Source of the DNA: Tannerellaceae bacterium
Lineage (GTDB): Bacteria > Bacteroidota > Bacteroidia > Bacteroidales > Tannerellaceae
DNA length: 64,000 nucleotides
Direction: 5' to 3'
NCBI GenBank assembly: GCA_032054765.1
Contig: DAMBSC010000009.1
Coordinates: 104,948 to 168,947 of the forward strand
The translations under genes and the position numbers were made by a program. This document shows, piece after piece, positions 1 to 9,335 of the stretch (the first letter of the stretch is position 1; each line of letters starts with the position of its first letter). Below the pieces are notes generated by a model, which saw nothing but the letters and a program-made list of their open reading frames with translations, was not told the DNA's origin and searched no databases.

Positions 1-86
1 TGAATTAGTTTTTCATTTAATATTTCCTGTTCTTTCAATTTATCTTCCAATGATGACCATCTGTTTTTTAAATCTTCCAGTTCCAT
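1..86 (-). CDS. Hypothetical protein, N-terminal fragment running off the left edge. It lies immediately downstream of the ECF sigma factor and begins MELEDLKNRWSSLEDKLKEQEIL.
   Basis: Open frame on the minus strand with an ATG at 84-86, 12 nt after the sigma-factor stop (rc TAA at 99-101). The charged coiled-coil N-terminus resembles the small membrane proteins often found downstream of Bacteroidetes ECF sigmas. Truncated by the window edge. Confidence 0.3.
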   Translation of the reverse strand, partial: MELEDLKNRWSSLEDKLKEQEILNEKLI

Positions 87-98
87 AACATTTCATGT

Positions 99-590
99 TT
101 AAAGATTCGACATTTCTTTTAGTTTTTGCTTGGATCGTTTCAGTTTTGTGGCCACATTACTTACAGTCAATCCTGTTATATCAGCTATTTCCTGATATGA
201 CTTTTCTTCCAGATAAAGCAGGATAATGGCTCGTTCCATTGTTTTCAACTGATAAATCAGCCGATACATTTCTTTAATTTGCTCATTGATATTTTCCGGC
301 TCTACAAGCACATCTTGCAGAATAGAAACGGGAATACTTTTAGGCTTTTTCAACTCTTTACGCATACCTGAGATACAGGTATTAAGTGCAATCCGATATA
401 TCCATGTAGAAAAACCACACTCCTTTCTGAACTTTGTAAAGCCTGACCATAAATTGTAAACCACATCCTGATATAAGTCTGCTATAGTCTGTTCTTCAGA
501 AACATAGAAAGAACACACCTTATAGATAAGACGCTCATTTTCGCGTATCATCTTTAAAAAATCCTTTTCGATATCAGTTGTACGATCCAT
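99..590 (-). CDS. RNA polymerase ECF-type sigma-70 factor
   Basis: The 163-aa ORF has a sigma-70 region 2 signature (DLYQDVVYNLW, FSTWIYRIALNTCI) and a region 4 HTH (SYQEIADITGLTVSNVATKLKRSKQKL). Confidence 0.85.
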   Translation of the reverse strand: MDRTTDIEKDFLKMIRENERLIYKVCSFYVSEEQTIADLYQDVVYNLWSGFTKFRKECGFSTWIYRIALNTCISGMRKELKKPKSIPVSILQDVLVEPENINEQIKEMYRLIYQLKTMERAIILLYLEEKSYQEIADITGLTVSNVATKLKRSKQKLKEMSNL

Positions 591-756
591 TTATCCGCTC
601 TTTTATTAATTAGACGAACATAAGATGCAAAAATGGCAAATTGGGGAAAAATAATATTAGATATTCAAGGATAAGCATTGATTTTCTAAAAAGATAGAGA
701 TGAAAACCTTTATTCACCTACATAATTTACAAAAAACAGGCGAATGATTGTACGTT

Positions 757-830
757 CGACAATTGTTGAATTTGTATTCAACATATATGGAATTTGAATT
801 CAACAATTGTTGAACATATATTCAACATAT
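757..830. promoter_or_regulatory. Cluster of palindromes and half-site repeats upstream of the ECF sigma gene, including the perfect 16-bp palindrome TTCAACAATTGTTGAA and three TTCAACATAT half-sites.
   Basis: Read directly: cgACAATTGTtgaa at 757-770, TTCAACAATTGTTGAA at 799-814, ttcaacatat at 777-786 and 821-830. The cluster sits between the GH92 stop and the sigma-factor start, about 170-240 bp upstream of the sigma start codon at 590. Confidence 0.4.
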
Positions 831-923
831 GTGAAACATAAAAATTATCTCACAAAACCACAAAATTATCTTAATCAATAACGAGTATCAACTTGATCAA
901 TGAATAATATGAAGGACATTTTC

Positions 924-3182
924 TTACTTTTGATTAGACATGAGGAATTCAAGTTTTCCGCCTTTTACAATATCATTATGATGGAAAAAGGGCGTTTCCA
1001 ATTTCTTACCGTTAAGCCTGACTTCTTTTACATATTTATTCTCGGGATTATTGTCAAGCACAATAATTTCAAAGACACCTCCTTCTACCGGAATCTTGGC
1101 TCCATCCACAATAGGGCGGCCAATGGTATAGATGGGATCTCCGGGACATACCTGATAAAACCCTAAAGCACTCATCAGATACCAGGCAGACATCTGTCCA
1201 CAATCTTCATTCCCGATAATACCGTCAGGTTGAGGGAGGTAAAATTCATTTAAAATGTAGTCAAGATACTCCTGACCTTTCCAGGGAGAGTCTGTCCAAT
1301 TATACAGATAGGCCATATGATGGCTTGGTTCATTACCGTGAGCATATTGTCCGATCAAACCGGTTATATCACCGGAAGCTTGTTCTCCGTCAATTTGAGA
1401 AGAAGTGGTAAATAAAGTATCCAGACGGGTTTCCAATTCTTTTTTCCCTCCGATAGCTGTAATGAAATTATTCATATCATGCGGAGCGAAGAAACTCCAT
1501 TGAAAGGCATTCCCTTCTGTATAGTCACTTTGCATATGTGATGAGTAGCGGGGATTAAACGGAGTACGGAACGATCCGTCTCCCATAATGCCACGCATCA
1601 TTTTCGTTTCCGGGTCTAAATAACGTTTATAATATTCTCCTTTTAAAGCGTACTCCTGAGCTATCTCCGTTTTTCCTGCCTGAGCGGCAATCTGAGAAAT
1701 GCACCAGTCATAATAAGCCATTTCGAGTCCCCATGAAACAGACTCAGGAATAGAATCGGCAGGTACAAAACCGTATTTATCTTTGTAATAGGTATGACGG
1801 GTAATCAAATCTAATTCTCGCGTACCTTTAAATTTCTCCGCCAGATCTTCCCGATATACCGAAGAACGAACAGAAGCCTCCGTCCATAAAGGAAGATCTT
1901 CCTCATTCACCATATCTTTACATACCAGGTCTGCTAAGACTGAGACAGCCGGATATCCAACCATTGTACCGGTGTAATTGGATGCCAAAGGCCATTTGGG
2001 TAGAATAGTTCCTTCTTTATATCCTTCGACCAATCCTTTTCCCCACGCCAACGCACGATCAGGATGAATAATGGTCATCAACGGATGAAGAGCGCGGAAT
2101 GTATCCCACAACGAGAAGACCGAATAATTCATATAGCCCGCTTTAGCCTGGTGGATATTCTTATCCATACCCATATAACGCCCATCTACATCCTGATAAG
2201 CAAACGGTGCAATCATGGAATGATAAAGGGCAGTATAATAGTTTTTGAGAACTTTAGTATCTGATGTTTCTATTTTAATACGGTTCAAAGCCTTGTTCCA
2301 AACATCAGCTGATTCCATGCGTACACGTTCGAAATCCCAGTCAGGCAACTCTGCATTCATATTCTTTTCTGCACCTTCCGTATCTACAGGTGAGATAGCA
2401 ACTTTAACATACAGCGGTTGATTATTTTCTGCAAACTTATAATGGAATTGTATGTCCTGGCCAGAACGCATCCGCATAAAAAGAGAATCCTGTCGTAATT
2501 CACCATCAATATACTGATAGATAGTTTCAATCGGTTCAGAGAAAGTGATACGATAGGATACCTGATGAAAATGTGCCCATCCCTGTGTATAGATAGTTCC
2601 TTCAACTGTCGAATCATCTACAATTTCGTATTCATTCCCTTTTAAACGATGTCCCCAGTTAGGCTGTAAGATATGATTTAAGTTAAGCATGACTTTCCGG
2701 TCAGCAGGACGGTCGTATGTATATTTATGAAATCCTACCCGGTCGGTTGAAGTTAATTCTACATTCACACCAAAGTTTTCCAACCTTACGGAATAGTATC
2801 CGGGAGATGCTTTTTCACTATTTTTGTTAATAGTGGCAACAGGTTTGATTGAATCAGTTCCTGAGAAAGGCAGTAAAGCTACGTCACCCAGGTCCCCAAT
2901 TCCTGTTCCTGAAAGATGGGTATGTGTAAAGGCGTATATATCAGTGTCATCGTAATGATAACCGCTGCTGGCATCCCATCCCATAATATGAGTATCCGGA
3001 CTAAGCTGAACCATTGCATTTGGACGGGTTGGCCCCGGGAATGTATGTCCATGAAATCCCGTGCCTATAAACGGATCGACGTATTGTAAATAATCATCGA
3101 GTAGCTCCGTAGAGTTGGATTGTTTACATGAAGAGAACAGTGTTAATAAAGGCAGTACCAAAAGAACAGATATCTTTTTCAT
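924..3182 (-). CDS. Glycoside hydrolase family 92 (alpha-1,2-mannosidase-like) lipoprotein
   Basis: The 752-aa ORF has a lipoprotein signal peptide (LLTLFSSC) and hallmark GH92 N-terminal motifs (YVDPFIGTGFHGHTFPGPTRPNAMVQLSPDT, YAFTHTHLSGTG). Confidence 0.85.
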   Translation of the reverse strand: MKKISVLLVLPLLTLFSSCKQSNSTELLDDYLQYVDPFIGTGFHGHTFPGPTRPNAMVQLSPDTHIMGWDASSGYHYDDTDIYAFTHTHLSGTGIGDLGDVALLPFSGTDSIKPVATINKNSEKASPGYYSVRLENFGVNVELTSTDRVGFHKYTYDRPADRKVMLNLNHILQPNWGHRLKGNEYEIVDDSTVEGTIYTQGWAHFHQVSYRITFSEPIETIYQYIDGELRQDSLFMRMRSGQDIQFHYKFAENNQPLYVKVAISPVDTEGAEKNMNAELPDWDFERVRMESADVWNKALNRIKIETSDTKVLKNYYTALYHSMIAPFAYQDVDGRYMGMDKNIHQAKAGYMNYSVFSLWDTFRALHPLMTIIHPDRALAWGKGLVEGYKEGTILPKWPLASNYTGTMVGYPAVSVLADLVCKDMVNEEDLPLWTEASVRSSVYREDLAEKFKGTRELDLITRHTYYKDKYGFVPADSIPESVSWGLEMAYYDWCISQIAAQAGKTEIAQEYALKGEYYKRYLDPETKMMRGIMGDGSFRTPFNPRYSSHMQSDYTEGNAFQWSFFAPHDMNNFITAIGGKKELETRLDTLFTTSSQIDGEQASGDITGLIGQYAHGNEPSHHMAYLYNWTDSPWKGQEYLDYILNEFYLPQPDGIIGNEDCGQMSAWYLMSALGFYQVCPGDPIYTIGRPIVDGAKIPVEGGVFEIIVLDNNPENKYVKEVRLNGKKLETPFFHHNDIVKGGKLEFLMSNQK

Positions 3183-3440
3183 TATTTATATTATTTGTTT
3201 TTGACTTATTGAAAGAAAGTACAAAGATAATAGTATAAACAAAAAAAGCCATTCTTCTCAGAACGACTTCTTTCACTTTTTAAATCATCTTATATGCTTA
3301 CATAAATTAGCATTTAGGTTTTGATATAGCGATTATACTAATAGTGTTACTTTTATACATTGCAAAGATAATGTCATAAAAAAGCCCTCGCAATACCTAT
3401 TAATATGTATAAATTCAGCAGGCATACCTATAAATAGGGA

Positions 3441-3471
3441 TTTGATAGTCAGTAAAAAAGGCTTAACTTTG
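3441..3471 (+). promoter_or_regulatory. Putative Bacteroidetes sigma-A promoter: -33 TTTG at 3441-3444 and -7 TAacTTTG at 3464-3471, 19 bp apart, about 20 bp upstream of the RIC gene ATG.
   Basis: The sequence gcTTAACTTTGac matches the Bacteroides -7 consensus TAnnTTTG, with an upstream TTTG at the expected spacing. Based on the consensus only. Confidence 0.35.
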
Positions 3472-3490
3472 ACTTCTTTAAGAATTAACA

Positions 3491-4192
3491 ATGCATAGAA
3501 ATAGAAAAGAACAATATAAGGATACCGATAAAATGTTTGATTTGATATCAAACAATTATTCCATGCTATTGGTTATGAGCAGGTTTGGAATAAAAGTCGG
3601 CTTTGGAGACAAAAGTATAGGCGAAGTTTGCCGTCAATATAATGTTGATGTATGTACCTTCCTTACTGTCGTAAACTTTATGCTTGATATACATACAACA
3701 CCAGTGAAGCATGTAGATAAATGCCTTTCGGTTGATTCGCTGATCACTTATCTGCACAATGCTCATGATTACTTCCTGAATTTCCGTTTGCCGCACTTAC
3801 GTCGTAAACTTATGGAAGTGATAACAGAATGTCCCGATGATGTGGCTTTTGTAATTACAAAATTTTTTGATGAATATTCTGATGAGGTAAACAAACATAT
3901 GATGTATGAAGAAAAAACGGTCTTTCCATATGTACGGAGTTTACTGAAAGGCAAAAAGGAAGATAAATACAATATATCCATTTTCCGTAAACGTCATGAC
4001 CAGATCGAATTAAAAATTATTGAGCTGAAGAATCTCTTACTTAAATATTACCCGGGGGAAGGCGGGCATTTGCTGAACAGTGTTTTATTTGATATTTTCG
4101 CTACTGAACGTGACCTCTATACACATAATATGATAGAAGATAATCTTTTCATTCCTACAATTCTTGAATTGGAAAACAGTTCTAACGAATGA
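3491..4192 (+). CDS. RIC (repair of iron centres) / YtfE-ScdA-like di-iron hemerythrin-domain protein
   Basis: The 233-aa ORF has an N-terminal ScdA_N-like segment (GEVCRQYNVDVCTFLTVVN), then H..H (LHNAHDY), HxxxE (KHMMYEE), HxxxE (RHDQIE) and HxxxE (THNMIED) metal-ligand motifs. Length and architecture match E. coli YtfE. An alternative start is at 3533. Its stop overlaps the next gene's ATG (ATGA at 4189-4192). Confidence 0.6.
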   Translation: MHRNRKEQYKDTDKMFDLISNNYSMLLVMSRFGIKVGFGDKSIGEVCRQYNVDVCTFLTVVNFMLDIHTTPVKHVDKCLSVDSLITYLHNAHDYFLNFRLPHLRRKLMEVITECPDDVAFVITKFFDEYSDEVNKHMMYEEKTVFPYVRSLLKGKKEDKYNISIFRKRHDQIELKIIELKNLLLKYYPGEGGHLLNSVLFDIFATERDLYTHNMIEDNLFIPTILELENSSNE

Positions 4193-4797
4193 ATATAAAC
4201 CTTAAAATAGCGATTGCGGAAAGTTCATCTATCATTCGATCTGGCTTAGAAGTTCAGATGAAAAAACTATCCGGCTTTCGCTTTCAGTTTATTGAAATAG
4301 CAGAGAAAGATCATCTTACAAATGTAATCAGCAAATATAAACCGGATATTCTGATCATTAATCCTGAAATGGTCGCAAGTAATGTGCTTCAACAAATAAA
4401 GGAAGAAGCAGCAAATCCCATTTTGAAATGTATTGCATTACTTTCTACATTAATAGATAAGAACGTTCTTCGTGTATATGATGAACAAATAACGATTTAT
4501 GATTCTACTGAGGAACTGAAACAAAAGTTTGATCAACTCTGTGAAGAGGAGGAGATAACTGAAGAAAAAGAAAGTGATGAACAGCAAGTATTGAGTCCGC
4601 GTGAGAAAGAGATTGTTGTATTTGTTGTTAAAGGGTTAACTAATCGCGATATTGCCGATCGCTTATTCTTATCAACACATACTGTTATTACTCATCGCCG
4701 TAATATTGCCCGCAAACTACAAATTCATAGCCCAAGTGGCCTGACGGTATATGCCATCGTTAATAAACTGGTAGAATTGAGTGATATTAATCAGTAG
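4189..4797 (+). CDS. LuxR/NarL-family transcriptional regulator with an aspartate-less (pseudo-)receiver domain
   Basis: The C-terminal GerE/LuxR HTH is clear (LSPREKEIVVFVVKGLTNRDIADRLFLSTHTVITHRRNIARKL). The N-terminal CheY-like receiver has the acidic pocket DD replaced by ES (IAIAESSS) and the phospho-acceptor Asp replaced by Asn (PDILIINPEM). The gene is translationally coupled to the RIC gene. Confidence 0.75.
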   Translation: MNINLKIAIAESSSIIRSGLEVQMKKLSGFRFQFIEIAEKDHLTNVISKYKPDILIINPEMVASNVLQQIKEEAANPILKCIALLSTLIDKNVLRVYDEQITIYDSTEELKQKFDQLCEEEEITEEKESDEQQVLSPREKEIVVFVVKGLTNRDIADRLFLSTHTVITHRRNIARKLQIHSPSGLTVYAIVNKLVELSDINQ

Positions 4798-5419
4798 TAA
4801 CAACTATCGAATCCCTTAAAATAAGAATTCCTTCCGGCCCCATATTGAATAAGAGATCAATAACACTTAGATTTGGTAAGAAGCCAAGTTTACAACTAAA
4901 TACCTGGTAATAGGTTTGAGGGGTAAAGTATTTATCTTCACCGGGATGTTTCGGGCGGATAATCTCACGGAAATCATTTGGCACTTCTTTCTCGTATAAA
5001 GTGGTATATTGTACATTAAGAGATATATCCAGCAATTCACAAATCAATTCACGCAACTTTTCATTAAAGTCAAGTAGGAACTCATATTTTTTCTCATAAA
5101 AAGGAACAAAGTCATCCTGATAGTATTCGAAAAAAGGGCTGGTATTATAAGCCGAGACGATAGCGTTCCAATGAATATGGCGCCAGTTTCCATGATTGGA
5201 TATTCGTATATCCTTAGTAAGACATTTATCTGTACCGGACTTTTCAATGGGGATAGACAGTGATAATGCTCCATTTGCCCCGGCTATGGTACAGCGGTTA
5301 CGATATGTTTGTTTCAGATAATTTTCTTCTGCTTCAATATAAACTTTGGAAAATTGAAAGAGCTTACAGTACTGTTGAATAGGCCCCAGATATGTTGTAG
5401 AAAGATAGGTGGGTTGCAT
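4787..5419 (-). CDS. WbqC-family protein
   Basis: The 210-aa ORF starts MQPTYLSTTYLGPIQQY and ends in a C-terminal FLPNLSVIDLLFNMGPE motif typical of WbqC-like proteins. Its start overlaps the lepB stop (TGATG on the minus strand), so it is the last gene of the dapB-lepB-lepB operon. Confidence 0.5.
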   Translation of the reverse strand: MQPTYLSTTYLGPIQQYCKLFQFSKVYIEAEENYLKQTYRNRCTIAGANGALSLSIPIEKSGTDKCLTKDIRISNHGNWRHIHWNAIVSAYNTSPFFEYYQDDFVPFYEKKYEFLLDFNEKLRELICELLDISLNVQYTTLYEKEVPNDFREIIRPKHPGEDKYFTPQTYYQVFSCKLGFLPNLSVIDLLFNMGPEGILILRDSIVVTTD

Positions 5420-6273
5420 CAGTTTATCTTTTTAAATCGGCGTTGACTATCCTTACTATACCAGCAAAACCAAGCTTTACCTATAATATGGTCCGCAGGA
5501 ATAAAACCTAGATGGCGAGAATCTACCGCATCATTCATATTATCGGATAGTACCCAGTAATAATCCTTTTCGAACTGGAATATATTGATATTTTTTCCGT
5601 CTATCTGGAGTTTCTTGTCTTTAAAAGTAACTTTACCGGTCGACTCAGAAGCAATGGCCTCTCGACTGGCTGTAAGAAAAGCTTCATTCAACCGGTAACG
5701 CTGTCCTTTTCGGGGAACTATAAGTGTATAATTATCCGTGTTCTCCTGCATGAAACGGCTATTCATCCGTTCATTCATTTCTTCACGTATCTGATATTCT
5801 TCAAACCGTGTCAGGCTGACGGATACAGATGTTTTACCTTCCTGCGGTTCACGTAAGGGTATGGACAGTTTCTTCAGAATACTGAGAAACATATCTTTCA
5901 TCTCACGATCCAACCTGTATGTGTTCAACGAATGAGGGGAACGAGGATATAACGTACCGTTTACTTTATATCCTTCTGCAGTCACCTGAATAGTATCACC
6001 CGGCAGGGCAATACATCGGCTTAAAATCAACGGTGAATTATCCTTATCCTTCTGTAATGGACTTGTAAACAGGATAATCTGATTTCTCTTTAAATTATTT
6101 TTTATCGGTAGTTTGTTTACCAATATGTAATCGCCTTTATGTAAGGCGTCTTCCATCGAATAAGTAGAAATCCGGTAAGAACCTATAAAGAAATAACGGA
6201 TCAACAATACAAGGATAAGAATTCCGATGAATAGTAATCCCCAGCTGATCGTATTTCTCTTTTTCTTTGACAT
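5419..6273 (-). CDS. lepB: Signal peptidase I (S26 family), short paralog
   Basis: N-terminal TM segment, SMEDALHKGDYILVNK (catalytic Ser box) and GDNMNDAVDSRHLGFIP (box E). Confidence 0.8.
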   Translation of the reverse strand: MSKKKRNTISWGLLFIGILILVLLIRYFFIGSYRISTYSMEDALHKGDYILVNKLPIKNNLKRNQIILFTSPLQKDKDNSPLILSRCIALPGDTIQVTAEGYKVNGTLYPRSPHSLNTYRLDREMKDMFLSILKKLSIPLREPQEGKTSVSVSLTRFEEYQIREEMNERMNSRFMQENTDNYTLIVPRKGQRYRLNEAFLTASREAIASESTGKVTFKDKKLQIDGKNINIFQFEKDYYWVLSDNMNDAVDSRHLGFIPADHIIGKAWFCWYSKDSQRRFKKIN

Positions 6274-7674
6274 TTAATCAGAATGAACCATACGGAATAA
6301 CCTGTTCCATCGGATACCCCCGTCAAACAAGCTACGGTCTTTATCAAGGGAAAGCCAAATAAGGATTGGTTTTCCTACGACATGGTCTTCAGGAACAAAA
6401 CCCCACGAACGGCTGTCAGCACTTTTATGGCGGTTGTCTCCCATCATAAAGTAATAATCATATTTGAAAGTATAGGTAGTTTCTTCTTTACCATTGATAT
6501 AGACCTTACCATTTTTCACTTCCAAGGTATTATTTTCATAATTCTTTATACAACGGTTATATAGTCCAAGGTTTTCAGAGGTCAATTCTATAGTCGCTCC
6601 TTTATTAGGAATCCAAATCGGGCCGTAATTGTCACGTGTCCAACCGGTTTGGTAATCTACCGGATAGGTCATATCGCCGCCGCCTAAAACATCGGGTTCA
6701 ATAACTACCTTTTTTATTGTAGGTAGCTTTTGGGCTATTTCCAATGCCCTCTTAGTAAGAGGCATATGGTATACGGGATTAAATTGTCCGGCTGCATTCG
6801 GTATAAATCCTAAAAACTGAAGAGTGTTGGGATCATTTGCAAATTGCCGGTCTTCTTTACTTACATCCATCAGACGAAATTGCTCCTCGGTAATAGGAGA
6901 ACCATCAGTTTCAACAAAGTAATTGAGCTGCATTTTCTCCGGGTTCTTTCCTTCTATCCCATTAATGTAGACCTGATTATTACGAATAGCTAAAGAATCG
7001 CCAGGCATACCGATACAACGTTTCACATAATTCTCCCGCTTATCCACCGGTCGGTAGATTACATCTCCAAAGGTCGCTTTGTCAAGATAAATACGCTCTC
7101 TTCCAACAATCTCAATCCATGAATAATAATCCGGATTCTGCTGCTTCAAAGCAACCGTATCTCCGGCAGGAAAATTAAAAACAACAATATCATCTCGTTT
7201 TATCTGCCCTAATCCAGCTACCCGTTTATAACCCCATTCCGGCCAATCCAGATATGATTTTGTATTAATGATCGGAAATGTATTCTGAACTAAAGGGAAT
7301 GAGAGTGGTGTGTTTGGAACACGTGGACCATAGCTCAATTTGCTAACAAAAAGGTAATCTCCTACCAATAATGACTTCTCTAAAGAAGAACTAGGTATCT
7401 GGTAATTCTGAAAAATAAACAGATTTATAAAATACACAGCAATTAGGGCAAACAATATATCATCTACCCATTCTAATGCATTTTTAACCCTTGGGTTCTT
7501 CACATTTTTCCAGGCACCCCAAGGAATAATCTTTGTCAGGAAAATATCTGCAAAAACAATTAATCCTAATAGTAGCCAGCCATTTTGCATCCAAAGGGCA
7601 AAAAGAATTAGCAGAATTGCCCAGATACTAAATTTAATCCATTGTTTTTTGGGTACTTCGTTTATCTTAATCAT
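6274..7674 (-). CDS. lepB: Signal peptidase I (S26 family), long paralog
   Basis: The 466-aa ORF has two TM segments, SSLEKSLLVGDYLFVSKL (Ser box), GMPGDSL, and GDNRHKSADSRSWGFVPEDHVVGKP. It abuts the second lepB with no gap. Confidence 0.8.
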   Translation of the reverse strand: MIKINEVPKKQWIKFSIWAILLILFALWMQNGWLLLGLIVFADIFLTKIIPWGAWKNVKNPRVKNALEWVDDILFALIAVYFINLFIFQNYQIPSSSLEKSLLVGDYLFVSKLSYGPRVPNTPLSFPLVQNTFPIINTKSYLDWPEWGYKRVAGLGQIKRDDIVVFNFPAGDTVALKQQNPDYYSWIEIVGRERIYLDKATFGDVIYRPVDKRENYVKRCIGMPGDSLAIRNNQVYINGIEGKNPEKMQLNYFVETDGSPITEEQFRLMDVSKEDRQFANDPNTLQFLGFIPNAAGQFNPVYHMPLTKRALEIAQKLPTIKKVVIEPDVLGGGDMTYPVDYQTGWTRDNYGPIWIPNKGATIELTSENLGLYNRCIKNYENNTLEVKNGKVYINGKEETTYTFKYDYYFMMGDNRHKSADSRSWGFVPEDHVVGKPILIWLSLDKDRSLFDGGIRWNRLFRMVHSD

Positions 7675-7692
7675 ATTGTATTCATCTTCAAA

Positions 7693-8409
7693 TTAAAAAG
7701 TCAGCATATCTTCCATTCCTAAAAAACCTTTTCTCCCTGCAGTAAATTCAGCAGCAATAACTGCTCCCAAAGCAAAGCCGTCACGACTCTTTGCATCATG
7801 TTTTATTCGAATAGAATCCACATCGGATTCATATATTATTTCATGTATACCGGGAACTTCTCCTTCACGAATGGCGTGGATAGGCAGATCAGTGGATTGT
7901 TCAACTTTGCCTAATGTCCATCTTTTCTTTCGCCCAATATTATCCATTATACCTTCCGCTAAAGTAATAGCAGTACCGCTTGGAGCATCCAGCTTATGAA
8001 TGTGATGTGTCTCTGTTATACTAACATCATACGAAGGAAACTTCTCCATGATTTTAGCCAGATATTTATTCAATGCAAAAAAGATATTAACACCTATGCT
8101 GAAGTTTGATGCATAGAAAAAAGTCCTTCCTTCTTCTTTACATATTCTTTTTATTTCATCTAAACGGTTCAACCACCCTGTAGTTCCTGAAACTACCGGA
8201 ACATTCGCTTTAAAAGACTTCATATAATTGTCGAAAGCCGTGTCGGGAATAGTAAATTCAATTGCTACATCCGCACTTTTGAAGGCTTCCGAATTAAAAT
8301 CGTCCGGATTATTGATATCAATAATAGAAACTATTTTATGCCCCCTTTCTAAAGCAAACTTTTCGATGGTTTTACCCATCTTTCCATATCCTATAAGTGC
8401 AATATTCAT
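7693..8409 (-). CDS. dapB: 4-hydroxy-tetrahydrodipicolinate reductase
   Basis: MNIALIGYGKMGKTIE Rossmann motif and overall DapB length and architecture. The ORF track extends to 8415 (MIMNIAL); the second Met is the more likely start. Confidence 0.85.
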   Translation of the reverse strand: MNIALIGYGKMGKTIEKFALERGHKIVSIIDINNPDDFNSEAFKSADVAIEFTIPDTAFDNYMKSFKANVPVVSGTTGWLNRLDEIKRICKEEGRTFFYASNFSIGVNIFFALNKYLAKIMEKFPSYDVSITETHHIHKLDAPSGTAITLAEGIMDNIGRKKRWTLGKVEQSTDLPIHAIREGEVPGIHEIIYESDVDSIRIKHDAKSRDGFALGAVIAAEFTAGRKGFLGMEDMLTF

Positions 8410-8466
8410 AATCAAATACTTATTTAACGTACAAAGGTAGCTAAAATTACACGAAAGATGATGAAT

Positions 8467-9222
8467 TTAAAACAAAAGCATGAACGTTGAGAAGATAGTA
8501 ACTATAATTATAAACGAACGGTAACTTTTCTCCGGTACTTTCTTTACAAAGTAAATTCCTATGATTGCTCCTAATATCATGAAGGGAATAGAAATAGCAT
8601 TTAAAGCAAGAGAAGAAAACGAAATATTATCCCATACAAATATCTGCAAGGGCAGTTTTAGGTAGTTTACTAACAGAAAGAACCAGGCGCTCGTTCCTAC
8701 AAAACTGTATTTTGGTAACCGCATGGAAAGCAGATAAACCAACATAACCGGTCCGGCAGCATTTCCAATCATGGTGGTAAAGCCTCCCATCAGACCGAAA
8801 AGTGGCGCATACCACCAAGCAGCATGGATCTTACTGTCTTTTCTTTTCTTTTCCGTCCAGAACATTACGGCGATACCCATAAATATACAAATAGCCATAA
8901 GCCGGCGGAATTCATCTGCCGGAATAAGTTTATCTACAGCTATTGCCAGAAAAAAACCTACTACTGCGGCAGGGATAAGCTTGAAAACATATTTCCATTC
9001 TGCAGTTCGGCGATAATAAAAAACCGCAATCAAATCTGAAAAGCAAAGCATCGGTAATATCAAGCCTGTTGAAGATTTTGCCCCGAAATTAATAGCCATT
9101 AAAGGAATAACGAGTAAGGTAATTCCCTGTATACCTGTTTTAGACATTCCAATCAACAGAGCACAAACAAAAAGAAGTATCCAGTCATAAGGTGTATTTA
9201 TCCATTGGGAAATATCAGGCAT
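8467..9222 (-). CDS. Sulfite exporter TauE/SafE (DUF81) family membrane protein
   Basis: Polytopic membrane protein with the repeated TauE motifs (GMSKTGIQGITLLVIPLM, GNAAGPVMLVYLL). The likely start is MPDISQW (ATG at 9220-9222) rather than the upstream in-frame Met at 9321. Confidence 0.7.
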   Translation of the reverse strand: MPDISQWINTPYDWILLFVCALLIGMSKTGIQGITLLVIPLMAINFGAKSSTGLILPMLCFSDLIAVFYYRRTAEWKYVFKLIPAAVVGFFLAIAVDKLIPADEFRRLMAICIFMGIAVMFWTEKKRKDSKIHAAWWYAPLFGLMGGFTTMIGNAAGPVMLVYLLSMRLPKYSFVGTSAWFFLLVNYLKLPLQIFVWDNISFSSLALNAISIPFMILGAIIGIYFVKKVPEKSYRSFIIIVTIFSTFMLLF

Positions 9223-9335
9223 TTTTATAATCTTTTTTAAATAAATGCAAAAGTAATGGTTTCGCGGAACAAAAAAGTGTACTATCTGTTTATTCGGGAC
9301 AAGTAACGATTTGTTTAACATTAAAAAATTATGAT

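Noticed and set aside
900-1166. An 88-aa plus-strand ORF overlapping the 3' end of the GH92 gene. Similar small antisense or overlapping ORFs occur inside other large genes (2064-2264, 15845-16551, 19272-19553, 41295-41561, 59571-60771 and others).
   Set aside because: All are fully embedded in longer, homology-supported CDSs on the opposite strand or in another frame. They show no conserved motifs and typical random-ORF lengths.
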